Assembly: GCA_051942205.1 (NCBI GenBank)
Contig: JAVECO010000123.1
Location: 1-64,000 of the forward strand
Reading direction: 5' to 3'
DNA from: Coniocarpon cinnabarinum
Lineage: Eukaryota
Length of the DNA: 64,000 nucleotides
The notes beneath the pieces were generated by a model. That model did not search any database. It had not been told where the DNA came from and saw only the letters and a list, made by a program, of their open reading frames with translations. Of this stretch, positions 57,501-64,000 are shown in pieces. Each line of letters begins with the position of its first letter. Within the stretch, counting starts at the first letter, position 1. Position numbers and translations under genes: made by a program.

Positions 57501-57919
57501 GGCAGGTTGGGGATGGGCAGTATGTGGATTTGGGTGTGGGTGTGGAGATCTGATGATTGTACGATACGAAGAGTCACTGAAGGTGTGTGGACATCAGCAC
57601 TGGTTCGATCTGTAACATGTACACGACTGAGAATGATGCTTCGGAGCTAGACCGCTAGATTTGGTACCAGAGTTTACGTTCAAAGCGTGTCTAGTGTACG
57701 TAGGTGGTCATCAACGTTGCTCCACACGGCTGCTGTTTTCTCTGTCGCTCTGTGTGCGAGATGAAACAGGGTTGAGACAGATGTTTGCGTTCGCCTGCGT
57801 CTGTGCCATGTGAGAAAAAAGAACCCCAGGCTAATTTGCTGGGATCGGGCAAGACGTTAACATCGACCACAGACCTCCCAGCCGGCCTAACCTCCCTGAC
57901 GAAAAGGCAAGTCGGTGTT

Positions 57920-58752
57920 CTACTCAACCTCCTCGATCTTCTTGCCACCCTCGTCCTTACCCGGCGCCGTGTTCTCGCTCTTGCCGTCGGCAGCCTTGTC
58001 GTCTTCCAGCTCGGGCATCTCTTCGTCGTCGTCTTCGTCACCGTCGTCCTCACCCAGATCATCCATTCCCGGCATGCCGCCACCAGCACCGCCACCCAGC
58101 TTGGAGAAGTCGAGACCCCCGAAGCCGCCATCAGCGCCCATGCCCATGCCTGGCATACCTGCGCCGCCGAATTGGCCCATGTCGTCATCAGGTGCGCCGT
58201 CTTGTTCGTCTTCGTCGACCCACTGGAAGTTCAACAGTCAGCCAGTAATTCAAAAATTCAAATGGTCACTCGCTTTCAAAGCTGCAAGCAGATTCTCCAC
58301 GCACCTTGTCAAAATCAGTCTTGAGCCAATGTCGCTTCGACGGATCTTTAAGCAAACGCGGCCAGTACTCCTCCTTGAGCTCCTTCTTCTGCAGCTTCAT
58401 CTCCACGTCGCGCGCAGAGTGGTTGACCTTGCTCGCCGAGGGGTCGATCTCCGCGTACAGCTCCATCTCGACGTGGTACGTCGCCTTTTTCGTGTCGCTG
58501 TGGCCCGTAAACGTCAGGCTCGTGGGCTGCAGGTCGAGCTTCATGTCCTTAGTGGGCACGTCCGGGACGGATATCGTGAGGTAGACGAAGTTTTTCTCTG
58601 CGTCATCCTTGCTAGAGCGTTGGGCCCATGTGACTACATGATTTCTGTTAGCTATTTATTTGAAAAGGCAAATTGCTGGTGCAAGCTTCAGTTGTACCTT
58701 CTGGCGTTATTTGCTTGGCGTCAGCCGCCTGGGCTGGATAGTCTGCTGGCAT
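57920..58752 (-). CDS. SBA1: Hsp90 co-chaperone p23 (Sba1/Wos2)
   Basis: ITPE|VTWAQRSS, WPRLLK...WLKTDFDK|WVDEDEQD and an acidic Gly/Met-rich tail. Two introns. Confidence 0.93.
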
Positions 58753-59301
58753 CTTGAAGGATCGGATACAAAAAGCAGTAGAGAGTTAAGCGAAGAAGAC
58801 GTCTGAGGAGAGATCTGGGTTCAATGGTTAGCGCCTAATTTGCCAGGATGAGTCGCCAGATGATGAGGCTGACGGTACCGAAGTACGCAGAAATCAATGG
58901 AAGAAAGCCCCGCTAACCAGCGGCACTGCATGTCAGGGATTTCAGCACGTACCGAGCCGATTGAAGGCACAGAAGAAGCTTTGCTACGGGCTGTCAGCGT
59001 TTGAGCTTATTCAAGAATACACAAGACGCGGGTGTGAATGTGTGGGTATGCTGTCAGCGAGCAATTACGTCCATCAGCGAGTTAAGATTGGTGGAAAAAA
59101 ACGTCACTGCCTCAAGCTACCGAAAGTGCGGCTAATTCCGCTCTTGGCGTAGTACCTGACGTTGAGTTGCCTTCTGATCTGGACAAGGTAGCCCAATCTT
59201 CAAGGAAGTGAAGCATGCGCGTTTGGCGTTCGCGATCCCCATATACCTGCAGCAAATGTCACGAAGCTTGGTAGAAGAATGCGATACGCTCGTCACCGAA
59301 T

Positions 59302-60073
59302 ATGGACACAATTAGATCTATGATATTCAAGCCGACTCCCGAAGAACAGGTCAGTCCGACCCAGCAAGCTAGGCGCGTCATGAAATGTCGCTAAACCGTC
59401 ATAGAAACGCAAATGTAGCTCTCTGATTCGCAGCAACACTCGCAAACTTGACCGCGACATCCAACAACTCCGCCTCACCGACAACAAAACCAAAAACCTC
59501 ATCCTCCAAGCCAACAAGCGCGGCCAACGGGACCCCGCCCGCCAAAAGCAAGCCGCACAGGAAACCCGCATCTTCGCCAAAGAGCTCGTACGGATACGGA
59601 AGCAGAATGCGCGATTACAAACGAGCAAAGCGCAGCTCGAGAGCGTGGGCATGCAAGTCAACGAGGCGTTCTCCGTGCGCAAGATTGAAGGCAGCCTCAA
59701 AGCATCCACGGGCATCATGAAAGACGTGAACACGCTGGTGAAGCTGCCCGAGATTGCGGGCACAATGCGCGAGTTGAGTCAAGAGCTCATGAAGGCGGGC
59801 ATCATCGAGGAGATGGTGGACGAGACGTTGACGAACGGCGAAATGGAAGACGGTGAAGAAGAGGGCGAGGAGGAGGTCGAGAAGGTGCTGAAGCAGATCT
59901 TGGAGCCCAAAGAGCCGGAGCGCAAGGTCTCGACGCCGGCGGTGGAGACACCGCAACAGCCAGAGGAGGTGCCTGAGGTGCCTGTGGGTGCGGAGAGGGT
60001 CTCCGAGGACGAGGAGGATCAGGAGGCGATTTTGATGCAGATGAGAGGACGATTGGAGGCTTTGAAGAGTTGA
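59302..60073 (+). CDS. VPS24: ESCRT-III subunit Vps24/CHMP3
   Basis: MDTIRSMIFKPTPEEQ|KRKC..IRSNTRKLDRDI, KAQLESVGMQVNE, MRELSQELMKAGIIEEMV, and C-terminal MRGRLEALKS. Intron 59350-59404. Confidence 0.93.
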
Positions 60074-60389
60074 GGTATGATCCCAATTGCATTACAGTCA
60101 TCTATGAAGCAACGAGCATGAACTAGAGCCTTGAGGTTTGAAACCTAGTGGCGCACCTATCTTACCATGTTAAGCTTGTATTGCGGCCACTGTCGTGGTC
60201 CAGAGTGCCTGCATTTGCAGAGCTGCTGCTGCTGAATGGCAAGCGTTGTTCAAGCTTCATTGTGCACCAGCCACTTTATAATAGCAAGGGTTCTCAACTG
60301 TGTATCCGGGCCTTTTGAAATTTGACTATATATTATATTCAAACAATGACTTTAAGTGTAGTCATGTGATTTTGAAGACACTCAAAACC

Positions 60390-60461
60390 GGTCCGGTAGC
60401 TCAGGGGTAGAGCATGCGATTGCAGTTCGCAGGGTCACGCGTTCAAATCGCGTTCGGACCT
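60390..60461 (+). tRNA. tRNA-Cys(GCA), intronless
   Basis: Acceptor GGTCCGG/TCGGACC, D-arm GCTC/GAGC, anticodon arm TGCGA-TTGCAGT-TCGCA, T-arm ACGCG-TTCAAAT-CGCGT, discriminator U, followed by a T-rich Pol III terminator. Confidence 0.95.
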
Positions 60462-62028
60462 CGCTTTTCTTTTCTTTTGTGCTTTTTGCGCTCTGGTGTT
60501 TGCAATCTAAAGCAGTGTTCTCATGTACACGTAATTTGGTTTTACTAGTAGGCCTCTTGGAGTGCTTGTCGCTCGTTCAATCTTTCCTCGTCATTCTTAT
60601 AGTTTTAAGGCCTCATTTTGGTCCCGCGACTGTTATGCCTTTGTGACACATACACTCTACTACATACTTTTTGAATACTTCGCACTTGAAGTCTCTTGCT
60701 TTGGCTGGAAGCCACTGGATAGGTCAAACTGTTGTGAGCTATGGGAATCCGAGCAAGAGTGTTAACCTCGACAAATAGTCCAAGGAATTCCACGAGGGTA
60801 ATATCTAATGGGAGTGTGCGCTTGAGATATGCTGAAGACAGTGACTGGAGAGAGTCGGTGTGCTCAGCAAGAAATATTACTCAGATTTTATGTTCATATC
60901 TTCTTTCTGAGTTTTAAACTAAATCCTGGTACAAGCGAGGTCCACTTGAGAGCCTCCCCAGGCTCGACGGATCCTAAGAAGCTTTCCCAGTGACATGCAC
61001 ATTCTGTGAAACTTCCAGCTTGCCTAATGCTCCACATGCTTAGCCTCAGGTGCAACTTTCTGGCATTATATCATCAAAAGAGATCGAGATACTTCGCCAA
61101 ATAGGGCAACTTTTGGCTTCCAGAACTTGACCTAAAAAAGATGTGAGACGAGTAGCTGGACGTGACGTTCGTTGGACCTTAGAGCTAAGAATCGAGGGCA
61201 TATTTGGCCATGAGAGTTGCTCTGCAGTATGATGTCAATAAGGAGCACCATAATTATCGTTCAGACCAAGTTATCAGCCTGGACTCCATGCACTTCCAAA
61301 AATTGGCTCGTCAGGATCATTTTAGCACTATCCCTTTCGCTCGCTCAGGCATGTAAAAATACTCGAAAGCTACAAGTTCAACTGAGTACTCCAAATCGCG
61401 ACGTGGTCTCGCGGACGATAAAGTCCCAAGTAGGGTCTTGCTTCCCATCGTAAGTATCTTCGAAGCCGGCTCGTGCTGGGGCACGCAACGTGAGAAGCTT
61501 GTAGCCAAAGAGGTCATTTGGAGCAGCAATTGCGTACCCTGCCCCGACGGTCATTCAGCCCTACGCTCTGACACTACTTCTTGCTTTCTGCCTGCCGCCA
61601 TCTTTTTCCTTCCCTTTATCAACCGCGCCGCCTTCGTTGTCCCTTTCGACTTGTGTCAACAACGCAAGCCGATTCTTGAGCCATCTCGCCATCGCGTCAT
61701 CGCTCACAGAGTCATTATATTGCGAAACCCAACTTTATCGACAACTTCCCGCTCTTGAGAGACTCTCAACAACGGTGCTCCACCTCAACGCGCTCAGGGT
61801 CTTTCCCCATCGCCATCCATCTTAATCCGCGATACAAATCTGCCAAACGCCGCTCCTCGCACTTACCAGCACGGTACAGTGCTAGCCAGATTGCACATAG
61901 GAGTGTGCATCATTGTTGTCCATCGACTTCCCTCAGCCGAAAAGTCTGCTCTCTTCGACTTCGCCATACTGCCATCCCGACCATCAAACACACACATTCA
62001 CCCACCAAGCCATCTCCCGTTAATCATC

Positions 62029-63684
62029 ATGTCTTCCGGAAAGCTCGACCAATCTCTCGACGACATTGTCAAGACCAACCGCCCACGCCGTGTGATTCGC
62101 CGCCGTGTTGTGAAAACGACAAAGACTGAAGCACCAAGTGGAGGAGTTACGAAAAAGTCACGTCCCAACAAGGGCGCCAAAGCCAGCAAATCAGCTACCG
62201 CCGCTGCCGAAGCAGCAGCAAAACTTCAGTCAACCGCTGCCGCTTCTACAAGACGTGAAAGCAAGATTGTCGTTACTGGATTGGTTAGTTGAAAAACAAC
62301 TCGGCGATACGAGAACCACATTCTGACATCATTTCAGCCTTCGGATGTCACTCAACAGCAAATCAAGGTATGTTAAGGTTCCGGAGATCGGCCACGACAT
62401 TTGGTTTCAAATCCTTGGAATTCGATTCTTCTTGCGATGCGGTAAAGAAAGATTCTGTTATCTGAGACACTGTTGGCTGGCACGCTCTGCTTGATGAGGA
62501 TTTTTTTGCGCTGCAATCCGCGCTTCAAAATGCTTTCTATCCCTCTCCTGGGCTTCTAGCGGGCTTCTATCACGAGCTTAGAACCACAAGGTTTGGTCGC
62601 CTGGCAAGCACCACCTGTGGATAGCCGTGATTCCCGGACCCAGCGCCTGAGCTATAGCAGAAACGTATTCACCTTGGCACGGTGACAGTCATGACTGATC
62701 GCATCAGATTGTTTGACGATGATCCGCCTGCGCTCAGAGTTTGCAAATATTGTCCAAGCCAGATTGCGGCAAGAAATTCCGCGAGGTTTGGTGTCGCTTG
62801 CATGTGACCATGTCGACGAGCAAGGGGAAGCACCTGTCCAAGGTTGATACTGCACTCCAACCAGTATTTCGCCGCGATCATTGGAGCATACTCTGGGGTA
62901 CTCAAACAGCGCGGGAATATTGGCTTGCAACTGCGGGTCGGATTCACTCGCCTTTCATGTCTGCCCCGTCTTGAAATTTGCCAGAGCGTCACGAGGAAGT
63001 TTGATTAGGAGCGTGCCAGCCTGCCGTTGATACAATACCTTTTACTTGATGGATTGTCTTGACTCTGGACTAATCCATGCGGTGCTCAGGAATACTTTGC
63101 CAAAACCATTGGCGCAGTGAAAAAGGCCATGCTCACCTACGGACCTGACGGTCAGAGTCGTGGCGTAGCAACGATCATCTTCAGCAACCCGAACAGTGCA
63201 CTCGAAGCCGCCACGAACCTCAACGGTGTCAAGGTCGATAACCGTGCCATGAAGGTGGGCACGCATTCCTGAATCAACACTCGAAACGTTTTCTGGACTA
63301 ACATATACTCAAGATTGAGGTCATTGTTGGGGCTGAACAAGCTCCTGGTGCTGCCCCGGCCAAGGGGCTTGGGGATCGGATTGCACAGCCCAAGGGCCAG
63401 CCGAAGAAGGCGGAAGGTAAGGCAAGCACAAAGGCTAACGCCAAATCTGCCACGAAGCCTGCCGGCAAGAAGGGGAAAGCCACCAAGGGCGCAGGAGCTG
63501 CACGTCGTAAGCCAAAGACGACCGAGGAACTTGACGCCGAAATGACCGACTACTTTGGCCCTGGGACTGTAGCCACTGGTCAGGAGAACACGGCAGTCAA
63601 CGGCAACACGATGGAGGACGAAATTATGGTGAGCGAAGCATTCGAGATCCCAGGGAGCGTTGACACTAATGCGTGACACAGTGA
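62029..63684 (+). CDS. YRA1: mRNA export adaptor Yra1/ALYREF
   Basis: N-box MSSGKLDQSLDDIV, an RRM split over exons (62029-62283, 62338-62367, 63090-63254, 63314-63628) and C-box EELDAEMTDYF. The stop codon lies in the last exon (63682-63684). Confidence 0.92.
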
Positions 63685-64000
63685 GCAAGGGCTGTGATTG
63701 CAGTCTTTTGACATTACCGCAGCTTCACGAGGTTGCTTGTACCATATACCCAGACTGAGAACTTTGACCTTCGACGCGCCAGACTGCGCAATGACACACT
63801 GTGAGACCTGGAGCAGGTCTAAGGGATCGGCGAGTTTTGTGTTAGTGATTTCATCGATAGTCGCTTGCAATTGAATATCAACGAGCATCGAATGCATCAT
63901 ACAACGGTCTTACAAGAGTGCGCATCATTGTTTGTTGAGCCGCGTCTCAAAGCATTGGAATTCTACGGAGTACAGAGCACGGGAAGGCGCGTGATTACCG

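Noticed and set aside
57785..58757. Long + strand ORFs (179 and 280 aa) overlapping p23
   Set aside because: Antisense shadows of a codon-biased gene, with low-complexity translations.

Overview
Intron-containing DNA from a filamentous ascomycete (Pezizomycotina-type genes and splice signals). The main find is a candidate fungal RiPP (dikaritin-type) biosynthetic gene cluster at about 23.2-39.3 kb. Its 99-aa precursor gene (29943-30294) is missing from the ORF track because an intron splits it. It encodes a signal peptide followed by six Kex2-type repeats, S[ED][ED]A[IV][AT]-YPDSY-(KR), with an invariant Tyr-Pro-Asp-Ser-Tyr. Its neighbours are two DUF3328/UstYa oxidases (two HxxHC motifs each), a P450 with an atypical I-helix, an O-methyltransferase, a secreted alpha/beta-hydrolase and a class I/II aminotransferase. 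A rhodopsin-domain protein, a second hydrolase and a SirN/GliN-like methyltransferase lie further right. I do not recognise the YPDSY core among characterised dikaritins. Left of the cluster are NoxC, a Zn2Cys6 factor, SYN8, a frameshifted methyltransferase, a degenerate island (a pair of broken paralogous orphan genes and decayed coding repeats), an SDR, SAL1 and cyclin C. Right of it are HEI10, NUD1/cdc11, a GATA-finger protein, KCS1, a TTC1-like TPR protein, p23/SBA1, VPS24, tRNA-Cys and YRA1 with an unusually long intron. All exon boundaries were read by eye and no database searches were run.
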